A DNA stretch of 64,000 bases from Terriglobia bacterium (lineage in GTDB: Bacteria > Acidobacteriota > Terriglobia > 20CM-2-55-15), in assembly GCA_963664115.2 (NCBI GenBank), contig CAXWPJ010000002.1:256001-320000 (forward strand). The letters are read 5' to 3'. Positions within the stretch are counted from its first letter, which is position 1. The number at the start of each line of letters is the position of its first letter. Below the pieces are notes generated by a model. It ran no database searches. It was not told the DNA's origin and saw only the letters and a list, made by a program, of their open reading frames with translations. Shown in pieces: positions 1 to 9,718 of the stretch. A program made the translations under genes and the position numbers.

Positions 1-401
1 TTAAACGATTTGCAGTAATTTCCGTAGTTGCATTGATGGGCTTGGCGGCGTGTCGCCATCCATTCCAAGTTCGGGTGACGGATTTTCGGGGTGGCGCGAG
101 TCCTTCTTTTTTTCAAGGCGAATCCCTGAAAATGGGCGTGCATTGGGACCAGGAAGATGCAAATAAGGCAGTTCGCTGTCAACTACTTGACACAAATACG
201 GGTGAAAGCAAGTGGGAAGGCGGGGCCAGTGTACCTGTCGTCGAAAACGGCTCCCTCGAAACGCTGGCCTTCGATCCGCCACTCCCTTCAGACGGTCAAC
301 TCGGCCTGACCGCGGGTGCGTATCAGTGGACATGTGACCTGGAAGAATACGGGACGTCAGGGGTCTACTTCGACATAGTTGAGCGTTTTCGACATAATTG
401 A
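1..401 (+). CDS. Putative lipoprotein, 5' end outside window; paralog of 28274-28681
   Basis: Frame open from the window edge: KRFAVISVVALMGLAA-C lipobox; mature part closely matches the protein at 28274-28681. Confidence 0.7.
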   Translation, partial: KRFAVISVVALMGLAACRHPFQVRVTDFRGGASPSFFQGESLKMGVHWDQEDANKAVRCQLLDTNTGESKWEGGASVPVVENGSLETLAFDPPLPSDGQLGLTAGAYQWTCDLEEYGTSGVYFDIVERFRHN

Positions 402-455
402 GCGTTTAGGGTCCGCGCCAGAAGGCGCTCTATCCTATTTGAGTTGCTGTGCCTC

Positions 456-660
456 GTCAGGGTGAACACGCTGAGTCCGGGTCCGATTGAAACGCCGATT
501 CATGGTCGGCTGGGAATGCCTCCGGAAGCGGCAGAACAGATGGCTGAAGCACTCGAAAGCGGGATACCGATGGGGCGCTTCGGACAGGCAGACAAGGTGG
601 CAAACGTCGCGCTCTTCCTTGCGATTGACCAAGCGTCCTATGTGCTGGGGGCTGAATCAT
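456..660 (+). pseudogene. C-terminal fragment of an SDR-family oxidoreductase
   Basis: VRVNTLSPGPIETP...IPMGRFG...VALFLA...SYVLGAE is a typical SDR C-terminus; no N-terminal Rossmann motif; ends just before the palindrome. Confidence 0.75.
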
Positions 661-685
661 TAAGTCCGAATCAACCAAGAAAGCG

Positions 686-723
686 TCTCAAGTCCTGAGA
701 AATCATCTTGTCGGACGTTGAGA
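686..723 (+). repeat. Palindromic dispersed repeat, copy R1
   Basis: tctcaagtcctgagaa-atcatc-ttgtcggacgttgaga. Confidence 0.95.
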
Positions 724-968
724 GCCCCGCTGATTCAATCATTGCTTCCAACCCGCTCGTTCGAAAGCTAGGGCTGGTTGCCAGAAGCCGACTTCTGGGG
801 CGTTGAATGTTGATCGGTAAACGAAACGGCGTTAGTCAGGAGCTATCCGGAAGACGGATGTCGTGACCCTTCCACTAACCGTAACTAATACTGCTGGCCG
901 GTTCGGGCGCAGTTAGGTGTCCGTCCCGGAACTTGTTGTCGGAAAATTCTGGGAAGCCCCGGTATCGG

Positions 969-2402
969 CTAGCGATTGCCGAGCGCCCCTCGCAATTTGT
1001 CGGCTAGTGATCCAAAGGACGCCGTCACCGGGTCATCCGGACGCTCGGCGTACTCCCGTAGTTCCGCTTGCTCCCGTTGCTTGGCGACCGCCGTCTTGCT
1101 GAGGCGAATCCGGCCCCCGGCCGGATCAACCTCAAGCACCATCACCTCAACCTCGCTGCCCAGGGGAAAGGCCCGCAGCATGTCCTGGTCGCGGTCCACC
1201 CCGGTTTCCGCAGTCGGTATGAGGCCGGTCTTGCCAGGTGCCAGGAACACGAACACGCCGAACGTCTCGTGCCGCTCCACCTTTCCGACCAGGATCGACC
1301 CCCCCACGATGCCACTCTGCGGTGCTCGGGCTCCGGCCGTGCGGGTGGAGCCTTCCTCCAGCATTGCGACACCCATACGCTGCTTCTCGGGGTCGATGCT
1401 CAAAATCTCGAACGCGGCGGTGTCGCCCACAGCGATGGACTTCGTCCACCCGTCGGCGCGCGCCGTTGGGGCGAACGTCGAGCTGTGCGCAAGCGCCTCG
1501 ATGCCAGGTTCCAGCTCTACGAAGGCACCGAACTCCATCATTCGGGTGACGCGGCCCGTGTGCACCTGGCCCACTTCGTAGCGGGTCGCCACCCCGGTCC
1601 ACGGATCCTTCTGGAGCTGTTTCAGCCCGAGCGATATCCTGTCGGCGGCGTCGTCCACGCGCAGCACCTGGACGGTGATCTGATCGCCGGGCGCCACTAT
1701 TTCGCTGGGACTGCTCACGCGCGACCAGCTCATCTGGGACACATGCAGCAGGCCCTGGATGCCGCCACCCAAATCCACGAACGCGCCGAATTCGGGCACC
1801 GAGACGACGCGCCCCGTGAGCACCGCGCCGGCTACGATGGATTTGCGAACCTCGGCCGCAACGGCGCGCTGCTCCTCTTCGAGCTGCTTGCGCCTCGAGA
1901 CCACGATGTTCTTGCCGCCTTCCTTGTACTCGATGATGCGGAAGGTGTAGACCTGCCCCTCGTGTACGGCCGGATCGGATGTGCGGGCGATGTCGATTTG
2001 CGACATCGGGCAGAACGCGCGCTCTCGAGCGATGCGCACCTCGTAGCCGCCCTTTATCGCCGTCTCGACCTTACCCTCTATGGCGAGGCCGTCCTGGAAT
2101 GCATCTTCGATTTCGCGCTGGGTGGCAGCGTTGCGTACGCCCCTCCGCGACAGCGTGATGCCTCTGATCGTGGAGACGACGATGGCCTGGAGGGGATCGC
2201 CAACCGCGACTTCCAGGTTGCCGTCGGCGTCTTTCAGTTCCGCGACGTCGATCTGGGCCTCGCTCTTGCCGCCCACGCTGACAAGGGCCACCTCGGCGCC
2301 GATGGCCACGATCGTGCCATCGACGGTCTGGCCCCGGTCGAAGCGCTTGGCCCCGACCGACGCTTCGAACATCGCGGCGAAATCTTCATCTGGTTCGTTC
2401 AT
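969..2402 (-). CDS. Ribosomal protein S1-like protein with about five S1 domains (RpsA paralog)
   Basis: Repeated S1 motifs (FGAFVDLGGGIQGLLHVSQMSW, FGAFVELEPGIEALAH, FGVFVFLAPGKTGLIP); N-terminal EDFAAMF; GAGG RBS before ATG 2402. Confidence 0.85.
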   Translation of the reverse strand: MNEPDEDFAAMFEASVGAKRFDRGQTVDGTIVAIGAEVALVSVGGKSEAQIDVAELKDADGNLEVAVGDPLQAIVVSTIRGITLSRRGVRNAATQREIEDAFQDGLAIEGKVETAIKGGYEVRIARERAFCPMSQIDIARTSDPAVHEGQVYTFRIIEYKEGGKNIVVSRRKQLEEEQRAVAAEVRKSIVAGAVLTGRVVSVPEFGAFVDLGGGIQGLLHVSQMSWSRVSSPSEIVAPGDQITVQVLRVDDAADRISLGLKQLQKDPWTGVATRYEVGQVHTGRVTRMMEFGAFVELEPGIEALAHSSTFAPTARADGWTKSIAVGDTAAFEILSIDPEKQRMGVAMLEEGSTRTAGARAPQSGIVGGSILVGKVERHETFGVFVFLAPGKTGLIPTAETGVDRDQDMLRAFPLGSEVEVMVLEVDPAGGRIRLSKTAVAKQREQAELREYAERPDDPVTASFGSLADKLRGALGNR

Positions 2403-2748
2403 TGCATACACCTCGGAACTGGAACGGGAGCGATTATACCAGTGAATATTTTTGAACCGCAACGCCACCCGCAGCCTACGTCTGACATGTGATTGATGGA
2501 ATTGCACCAACGAGCTGAGTCGTTCCCTAGCTCCCGGGAATTTGCGGAAGTGTTACCGAAGTCGCCTTCTGGAAAACTGAGACTCCCATCTTGGACTCCT
2601 TCAAACTGTGCCATTTCCCCCTAGAGTTACACTTGGAGGCGGGCCGACGCGTGATTACTCCTCCCTTGTCGCCTGGCGTTTAGGAACGGGCAGCATTAAC
2701 GACCCAAAAGGCGGCTTCGGGGAAGTCGGCGGAGACAGAGATGACGGG

Positions 2749-2787
2749 TCAAGTCCTGAGAAATCATCTTCTCGGACGTTGAGAATT
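2749..2787 (+). repeat. Palindromic dispersed repeat, copy R2
   Basis: tcaagtcctgagaa-atcatc-ttctcggacgttgagaatt. Confidence 0.95.
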
Positions 2788-2789
2788 GA

Positions 2790-3247
2790 ACTCACCAATT
2801 TCCGATAAGCCGACTAACCTTCGATTGGGGTTTATGGACGGTTTGCTGACTGTATGCGCTGGGCGCGCGGTCAGCTGACGGATGAGGAACTCGATGTGGA
2901 ATTCCTGATGCGGGAACTGCAACGGCGGCTACAGACCGAGCATCTGCTTGATGTTCGATGAACTCACGAAGCACAAGGTGTGGTGGCTCCTCGTAGACGA
3001 CGATGTTGTTGATCTGTGCACCGAGGACCCCGGCAGAGACGTCGATCTTTATGTTGGTTCGACGGTGCGCACGATCGTTGAAGTCTGGGAGGGCGACCTC
3101 GACATGCGCACGGCTTTGAAGAATGGTTCGATCAAGGCGCACAGATTGCGCCATCTTGTCCGCACTATGCCGGACTGGTTCGGCGTTTGTCTGTACAAGG
3201 AAGTCCGGCGGGGTAATCCGAAACTCATGCGCAAAGTGGCTGAATAG
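2790..3247 (+). pseudogene. 3' fragment of an HxlR-type winged-helix regulator with SCP2-like C-domain
   Basis: WARGQLTDEELDVEFLMRELQRR...WWLLVDDDVVDLCTEDPGRDVDLYV; 5' part missing or degenerate immediately after R2. Confidence 0.6.
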
Positions 3248-3333
3248 AATTTGTTTCGGTGATACGAGTGAAGTTGCCGGACGCTCTTCATCCGCCATGG
3301 GGGCCACTGGCAACTTGAAAGAAGATCCTTCTG

Positions 3334-3375
3334 ATCTGGTTTGAAGAACTGAAGGAACGGGTGCCGGTTCCGTGA
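3334..3375 (+). pseudogene. 3'-terminal stub of a Ser/Thr kinase gene ([12 protein letters not shown])
   Basis: tggtttgaagaactgaaggaacgggtgccggttccgtga; the same stub recurs at 11017, 13243, 15672 and 61908. Confidence 0.7.
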
Positions 3376-3490
3376 TTCCGGTCTCAGGGCGCGATAAATC
3401 CCGTTCGCGGCCAGTGAGAGTCCGTTGCCTCCCAGACAAGGTTAAGTTGATGCGTGGACGCTACGTTTCTGGACGTGGCACAATCACCCT

Positions 3491-3859
3491 GTGGCAATTG
3501 AACTGAATCACACAATTGTGCCAGCAAAGGATAAGGTGGCGTCAGCAGAATTCTTTGCTCGGATTTTTGGTCTGCCATACGAGGGAGCCGTAGCGCACTT
3601 CGCTCCTGTTCGAGTCAATGACTCGCTGACGTTCGATTTTGACGACCGTGAGGACTTCGATTCACACCATTACGCGTTTAAGGTGAGTGAGGAAGACTTC
3701 GACGCAGTTTTTGAACGGCTTCAGAATGAGGGAATACCCTACGGGAGTGGGCCACCACCAAACGTGGACAACATGAAGATAAATCGACGGCGTGGTGGTC
3801 GCGGTGTCTACTTTTCTGACCCCAACGGACACGTCCTGGAGCTGCTGACCGTCGGGTAA
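3491..3859 (+). CDS. VOC/glyoxalase family protein
   Basis: LNHTIV, HYAFKV and GRGVYFSDPNGHVLELLT motifs. Confidence 0.9.
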   Translation: MAIELNHTIVPAKDKVASAEFFARIFGLPYEGAVAHFAPVRVNDSLTFDFDDREDFDSHHYAFKVSEEDFDAVFERLQNEGIPYGSGPPPNVDNMKINRRRGGRGVYFSDPNGHVLELLTVG

Positions 3860-4027
3860 GAAGACCGCTCCCCGAGGCGCTGCCCCCAGGCAACCAAACG
3901 GTGCCGAAGAAGTCGGCTTCAAGGAAGTCAGGCCACTGGGGCAGCAAATGTACTTGTCGGCGCCCGAGAGATCCTTGTCGTAAGTTGAGAAACGGACCCA
4001 CTCCTTTCCGAAAAGTCGACTGCCGCC

Positions 4028-4164
4028 CGACGGCCTCCGGCCGCGCGCGGGTTGACATAACACCCATACGACGACATTGCCAGCGCTGCCATTGTCGTCA
4101 GACCCTTCTTATTCCGCTTATCCGCCTTCGGATTCCAGCGTCTTAAGTTTGTCGCCCGTGCGGC
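4028..4164 (+). pseudogene. Degenerate small zinc-ribbon-like ORF (CQRC...*VCRPCG); homologous to 6229-6327
   Basis: About 100 bp homology to 6229-6327 with many third-position differences; second CxxC follows an in-frame TAA. Confidence 0.4.
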
Positions 4165-4228
4165 CCTGAAGTAGCTGGCGACCACCCTTGGACAGTTCCA
4201 TGCGCTCCGGGCTGGAGACTGCCCGGGA

Positions 4229-5671
4229 TCAATCCGCACGCCGACCGGCGGCTTCATAAAGCTCCGCGACCGGAACCACGCCCGGAGCGTGGATCGAAAG
4301 AAGCTGCTCGACGTCCAGATTGAGTCGTTCGATGTTGTCGACGAGATTGGCGACCGTCGCCACACCTTCCGTCAGCGCCGGCACGCCGGGGCCCGGCGAA
4401 TCAAAAATATCGGCTTGGACAAGCATCTTTTCTGCGGGCAGGTAGGCCATGATGGCGCCGTCGGCATGCGGGCTGTCTTGGATCAGGTACAACTCAATCG
4501 TACGGGTGCCGTCGGTGAGAACTTTCTTCTCCGTCAGTGTCTCAAAGACCGCCCGGGTTCCGGACCGCGAAAGTCTGTCGGGAGCGATCGTGCTGGGCGC
4601 CGCGAAGATCCTTGCGTAGTACGGCGCGTTGAGACTGTGCGTCACGATGGTTGCCCCTTCGGCGGCGAACGCCCGCAATCCACCGGAGTGATCGAAGTGG
4701 TGGTGCGAGTTGATGACGTATCGAATCGGCTTGTTCGGAATCTGTCTCTTCGCCTCAGCGATGAACTGGAGTGCGCGCTCGTCATTGCGGGAAGCGCCCA
4801 TCATGACGATGTAGTCCTCGAAGTCGACGACGACGGAATTGTTCGACCCGCCCTGGATCAGAAAGACACCGTCAGCCACTGGGATGGACCTGAATGCTGT
4901 GGGTGCGGCTGGAGCAGCGGCCCGCTCTGGAGGCTCAATGTTGACGGCCACGTTGGCCTCGGCGCGGGTGACGGTCAGATCGAGGACGGGAAAACCGCCC
5001 TGGTTCTGAACAATACGGGTGGGAAACCAGAGGCCGCTAAAATCCCGATAGTCCGCATACGTCACGTCGATCAACAGGTCGCCCAGCGCAGCGTATTCCA
5101 CCCAGGTCTCAACCTTTGCAACCCTGTTCTGCTCATTGATGTAGCCGTTCACCCGGTACTTGTCCTGCACGGTGAAGCTGACGACTCTGTAGACCGTGCC
5201 GCCTATTGTTTGCGATTCCGCCGTCGGGTTGTTCGCCATCGCCGCCTTAATGAATCCGTGCGGCGTGATCCAGATATCGACCTGCTGTGCCCATGGAGCA
5301 TCCGGCCGGATGAACTGATCCCGGCTTTGGTTGACGACGGGGATCCCGATTCCCCCGCCGCCCCGCCGGTCCACCGCAGTGCGCACCGACTGGACTCTCG
5401 ACGCGGGGGCGTCGAAGTCAATCTCACGCGTGTAGGTGCTAAGGCTAAAGCGGGGCCAGGGCGCGTTCGGATTCACACTCTGGCCGAACGTGAAGCTCGA
5501 GCCGCTACCGGAATACTGAATCGTTTTCAGGTCTTCAGCGCCCATGGCACGGGCCGCATTATTAAGGATGGATCTGGCATCGGGCGCCACAGCAGTCCTC
5601 TGGGCGAGGCCAACTGAAGGCAGCGCGGCCAGCAGAATTGTGAGTGTGGCTACGGTCACGGATGATTTCAC
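4229..5671 (-). CDS. Secreted MBL-fold metallo-hydrolase
   Basis: Signal peptide; SHHHFDHSGG motif; downstream H, D and H ligand candidates. Confidence 0.9.
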   Translation of the reverse strand: MKSSVTVATLTILLAALPSVGLAQRTAVAPDARSILNNAARAMGAEDLKTIQYSGSGSSFTFGQSVNPNAPWPRFSLSTYTREIDFDAPASRVQSVRTAVDRRGGGGIGIPVVNQSRDQFIRPDAPWAQQVDIWITPHGFIKAAMANNPTAESQTIGGTVYRVVSFTVQDKYRVNGYINEQNRVAKVETWVEYAALGDLLIDVTYADYRDFSGLWFPTRIVQNQGGFPVLDLTVTRAEANVAVNIEPPERAAAPAAPTAFRSIPVADGVFLIQGGSNNSVVVDFEDYIVMMGASRNDERALQFIAEAKRQIPNKPIRYVINSHHHFDHSGGLRAFAAEGATIVTHSLNAPYYARIFAAPSTIAPDRLSRSGTRAVFETLTEKKVLTDGTRTIELYLIQDSPHADGAIMAYLPAEKMLVQADIFDSPGPGVPALTEGVATVANLVDNIERLNLDVEQLLSIHAPGVVPVAELYEAAGRRAD

Positions 5672-5952
5672 CTGATTGCCTCCAATGTCGTTTCCAATCT
5701 GAGGGAATTCCGACGTAGTGCCTGTGTCGGGAATCGAATTGTAAGAATCCGTATAAATCTAACTTCAGTTGGAACTTCTAAGCAAGAAAAGTCTCAACTC
5801 GCATCCAATTCGGAGCGATTCACTCTAACGTCATACCTGATTGCCAAGGCAGTGAAGCCCTCGCCCCAAGCGATAGAAAAATGAATAGCGGGCCGCCCTC
5901 CGATCGGTTCATGTAGGGGCATCTGCCATATCGAGGTATCGGGGGAGAGGAC

Positions 5953-6220
5953 ATGGACCGCATCAAGCGCGCTGAAACAATGGTATTAGCACTCATCCTG
6001 GTGTGCACTCTGGTGGCCCTTCCGGCCGCCGCCCAGAGTGATTTTGCCGGAGAGTGGCTCGACCATCGGTCACGAAGATATCGAAGTGGATCGCCGCGGT
6101 GGCGCCGTATACGGCGACTACACCGGCCTGCCGATCAACGAGGCGGCCCGCATGCGCCGCGAGACCTACGACGCATCGGTATTCGCGCTGCCCGAATGGC
6201 AGTGCCGTCCGCATGGTGTG
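5953..6220 (+). pseudogene. Frameshifted 5' fragment of a secreted beta-rich protein (probably related to the DUF6152 partner family)
   Basis: Signal peptide AAAQSDFAGEW, then in another frame HEDIEVDRRGG..GDYTGLPINEAAR..LPEWQCRPHG; truncated near 6220. Confidence 0.55.
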
Positions 6221-6228
6221 GATTTCGC

Positions 6229-6327
6229 GCGACGGCCTGCGGCCGCGCAGGGGTTGACATGACGCCCGTACGGCGACACTGTCCGCGCTGCCATAGTCGT
6301 CAGACTCTGCTTGTTCCGCTTATCCGC
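6229..6327 (+). repeat. Second copy of the zinc-ribbon-like segment (MTPVRRHCPRCHSRQTLLVPLIR)
   Basis: Direct homology to about 4028-4126. Confidence 0.7.
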
Positions 6328-6338
6328 TCGAGGCCAGT

Positions 6339-6482
6339 GAAATCGTCCAGGTGACTGCCAGGGACACAGCCGGGGAGAAGACCTTCTCGGTGCGGATGCG
6401 AATCGATACTCCCGTGAAGCTCGAGTACTACCTGCACGGCGGGATCCTGCAGTATGTCCTGCGGCAGATTCTCGCGGCCTGA
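6339..6482 (+). pseudogene. acnA: 3' fragment of aconitate hydratase A
   Basis: RIDTPVKLEYYLHGGILQYVLRQILAA* matches the AcnA C-terminus; the rest of the gene is absent. Confidence 0.8.
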
Positions 6483-6507
6483 TCAACTAGCGGACTGTCA
6501 TAATCCA

Positions 6508-7704
6508 CTAGCCCAGCGAGCGACCGGCGATCCAGCTTCCTCCGATGATCGTCCCAAGCGTGCTTCCCAGGTTCGAGAGCACGACGACCAGCAGAATGCG
6601 ACTCACCGGGTTGGTCCAGAAACCCTTGACCGTGCTGATCGACTCGGACAGATTCTCGAGGTCTTCAACCGTCGGCTTCTTGAGGACCGCTTGCGCCAGG
6701 CCCGAGACCCAACCGGCGGCGATCATTGGGTTCAGGCTGGTAAGCGGCGCCGCCACGAAGGCGGTGAGAATGGTCAGCGGATGCGCCAGCGCAAGGAGTG
6801 CACCGAGTGCGGAGAACGTGCCGTTGACCAGCACCCAGATGGCCACCGACTCCAGCGAGTGCTGTGCTCCGCCTTTGAAGAAACCGTAAACGATCAGTCC
6901 GACGATCGCCACAGGGATGCCCCACTTGAGGAGCTGCGGCCAGAACGAGGGCTTGGGTTGCTGTTCAAGGGGCCCCAAGGGGGTGTCCTTCTGGATCTCC
7001 TGCAGGATGCCGGGAACGTGGCCTGCGCCCAAGATCGCGACGACAGTCTTGCCTTCGGCGCTGCGGATCTTCTGCGACAGGTAGACGTCTCGTTCATCGA
7101 TCAATGTGCCCATGACGGTGGGGAATTCCTTGGCCAGGAGCCCCAGCACGTCGGCAAGCTGTTCCTCCTGCTTGATCTCCTCGACGGTTTCCGCGTCGAT
7201 CTTGCCGACGAAGAACAGGCTCATCATGAGCTGTCCCATCATCTTCAGCTTGCTCCAGGAGCCCAGATTGCCCCAGGTCCGGCGCAGAGTGATCTGAATA
7301 TCGCGGTCGGCCAGCACCAACGCTGCCTGCCGCTTCTCCGCCAGCCGGATTCCTTCGACCATTTCTGCGCCCGGAGTGACGCCGAGTTGCTGCGCGATGC
7401 GGCGCTGGTACGAGCTCATGATGAGGGAGCTCAGGAGAAGCATGGCCTTTTTCTCGCGGATGATCTTGACGATGTTGGTTCGCTTCCACTGCTCGCGATC
7501 CATGATGTTGCGGTAGCGCGACTCGCAGAGTTCGACGCATATCGAGTCGGGATTGACGGCGTCGATGGTATCTCGGACGTCCTGAACGCTCTGCTTCGAG
7601 ACGTGGGCCGTGGCGACGAGGTAGATCTGCCGGCCGTCGAGTTCTACCTTCTTGACGCAGGAGGGGATCTCCGGCGTGGGTTTGCTGGGCTCGATTTCCG
7701 TCAT
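6508..7704 (-). CDS. TraB/PrgY/GumN family protein with C-terminal membrane domain
   Basis: LVATAHVS, CVELC, PGAEM, DRDIQITLRR, LIDERD and GAGHVPGI motifs; C-terminal TM helices. Confidence 0.9.
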   Translation of the reverse strand: MTEIEPSKPTPEIPSCVKKVELDGRQIYLVATAHVSKQSVQDVRDTIDAVNPDSICVELCESRYRNIMDREQWKRTNIVKIIREKKAMLLLSSLIMSSYQRRIAQQLGVTPGAEMVEGIRLAEKRQAALVLADRDIQITLRRTWGNLGSWSKLKMMGQLMMSLFFVGKIDAETVEEIKQEEQLADVLGLLAKEFPTVMGTLIDERDVYLSQKIRSAEGKTVVAILGAGHVPGILQEIQKDTPLGPLEQQPKPSFWPQLLKWGIPVAIVGLIVYGFFKGGAQHSLESVAIWVLVNGTFSALGALLALAHPLTILTAFVAAPLTSLNPMIAAGWVSGLAQAVLKKPTVEDLENLSESISTVKGFWTNPVSRILLVVVLSNLGSTLGTIIGGSWIAGRSLG

Positions 7705-8010
7705 GGAGTGTCCGCTTGTCCCTTCAAGGCCTTGCCCAGCTTGAGTCGCAGGCGGTCCTCGATCCAGTGGTCATCCCACCATTCCACCGGGTTTACCGGC
7801 AGACCGTGCAGGAACATCGCGAAGTGCAATGTGTCACCACCGGCAAGATCGGTCTCGCCCTTGCGGCCCAGAGTATCGCCGCGGGCAACTTCCTGCCTCT
7901 CGCTGACGTCCACCGAGGAGAGGTGGCCGTAAAGAGACATCAAACTGTAGCCATGGTTGACCACCGCATTGCCGTAAATGCCGAACGAGCCGGCTCTCAA
8001 GATAATAAGG
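7701..8010 (-). pseudogene. 3' fragment of an M23 family peptidase
   Basis: GIYGNAVVNHGYSLMSLYGHLS...GDTLHF...VNPVEWWD; N-terminus missing; stop overlaps the traB start. Confidence 0.75.
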
Positions 8011-8297
8011 CCGACAGCGTGCACCTCTCAGGTGCATTATCACCCGTTTCTCATGTATCCGTTCTATCGGTGGAAATCCAGAGGAACTCAAACAACAAGT
8101 GCCAGTGTCGGGATTCGGGTCGTCAGGTCCTTACAAATGCGGTTGTAGGGCTTTACCATCTGGCATTAATGGCGGGTGCCCTTAGCAACGAGCAGCGGGA
8201 TTACCTGCCATAAGTCGCCTTGTGTTTAGGAACGCGCTTCCTACGGCTGATTGCCAAGGCCGCTTCAATCGTATATCGGCTATTCGGACAAGTGTCG

Positions 8298-8339
8298 TTC
8301 TCAAGTCCTGAGAAATCATCTTGTCGGACATTGAGAATT
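8298..8339 (+). repeat. Palindromic dispersed repeat, copy R3
   Basis: ttctcaagtcctgagaa-atcatc-ttgtcggacattgagaatt. Confidence 0.95.
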
Positions 8340-8393
8340 CTACAGGGGGTTAAGTGGCCTTCCTCACGAAGCCGTGACCTCAGCCCACCTCCA

Positions 8394-9437
8394 TCATTGA
8401 TCCGTTTGACAATCGTAGATCGGAATCGAATCTCCAAGAGCCAGCCAATAACCCTCGATGGTTGCGGGTTCGGTGAAGGTTTGCGGGTCAGTTACTGTTA
8501 TTTGGAAATCCAGGCGGCTCTGATCGTTGCTCACGGTAAACCGTTCCACGATTTCGACTGCCTCGCTTTGTGGCGTACCGATGGTGTCGAAGAAGGGCCA
8601 GTTGATTCGACTGGTTCTAACGACCAGGGTTCCCTCTTGCCATTCTCCTACCGAGTAACCCAGCCTTGAAGCGGGTTCGTTGGGAGGGGGCTCGGATCGA
8701 TTCAGATGGATCGTCCGCTCAATGTCGTAAAACTCGGTCCTCAGCGTAATCTGATCCCGATGATCGATGAACTCGAAAGGATGCGGATTGGTCATGATTC
8801 TCGGCATGCCTTCCGGTTCGCAACGGATCGCGAAATTGTCGAACATGTCCCATGACTCCCTTGCAGCAATCGCGGATTCCTGAAAGGGCAGGTGGGTAAC
8901 TACTCGACGAGCACGTCCACGTGGAACACTCCAGACGCGAAAAATTCCCTCACCGTCGCCGTTCAGCCCACGTTCAGCCAACAAATCTCGACCGCCAAGT
9001 ATCTCTTCCGACCATCGAGGCTGGGTTGGCCAGAGCAATACCTCACGCCCATCTGTAAACAAAATGTTGGTGGCGAGAAAGTCCAGCTCGTCGCGACTCG
9101 ATCTCCTACCGGCCACCCTCACACGCTCGCCTATTGTGAACAAGTCTTGGGTTATACCTTGGCGCTGCAAGTTATAAATAGAATTTCCATGCATGATCCG
9201 AATCTCTTCCTCACCGTTGGTATTCATCGTTTTTACAGCGATCCTAATGTGTGGGTTTCTCCACTCTAAAGCCACGAGTTCGCCTACCGCTTCAGTGATT
9301 TCGTCGACGTAACCAGCAACGGAATGGTGAGCGGACACGACGACGGGCCAACTAAAGAAGACACCAGCCATCGCAAGGCCACCAAAGAGGAGCCTCCTTC
9401 TAACCCGTTTCCGTCGTGTCGCAATTCGGTCCAGCAT
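8394..9437 (-). CDS. Fusion of a DUF6152-like domain and the beta-rich partner domain
   Basis: Signal peptide then AHHS...WRNPH; C-half has CEPEGMPR, GYSVGEWQEGTLVV, ERF, TDPQTFTEP, YDC. Confidence 0.8.
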   Translation of the reverse strand: MLDRIATRRKRVRRRLLFGGLAMAGVFFSWPVVVSAHHSVAGYVDEITEAVGELVALEWRNPHIRIAVKTMNTNGEEEIRIMHGNSIYNLQRQGITQDLFTIGERVRVAGRRSSRDELDFLATNILFTDGREVLLWPTQPRWSEEILGGRDLLAERGLNGDGEGIFRVWSVPRGRARRVVTHLPFQESAIAARESWDMFDNFAIRCEPEGMPRIMTNPHPFEFIDHRDQITLRTEFYDIERTIHLNRSEPPPNEPASRLGYSVGEWQEGTLVVRTSRINWPFFDTIGTPQSEAVEIVERFTVSNDQSRLDFQITVTDPQTFTEPATIEGYWLALGDSIPIYDCQTDQ

Positions 9438-9578
9438 GTCTTTCCCTCCGATTCCCTTGAGGTAGGTCACATGAAAACGAAGAATGTACTGCATGTCAAT
9501 CTTTGTCTACGTCAACGCTGCATGGGCTCGTGAATCATGCCATCCCAACAGAGTCGGATGGCAGACCTGTCCATCTCC

Positions 9579-9624
9579 GAAATCCATTCTCAAGTCCTGA
9601 CAAATCATCTTGTCGGACGTTGAA
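9579..9624 (+). repeat. Palindromic dispersed repeat, copy R4
   Basis: gaaatccattctcaagtcctgacaa-atcatc-ttgtcggacgttgaa. Confidence 0.95.
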
Positions 9625-9718
9625 CGATTCATTCCCAACCGTTTCGAAGCAAGGACACGCCAATCTGTCAGAAATCGAGATATTCGGAAACTCCGAAACG
9701 AGTAGGTTCCGTTGATGT

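Noticed and set aside
4078-6293. CxxCH in the duplicated micro-ORF as a c-type heme site
   Set aside because: No signal peptide; a second CxxC in copy 1 fits a zinc ribbon better
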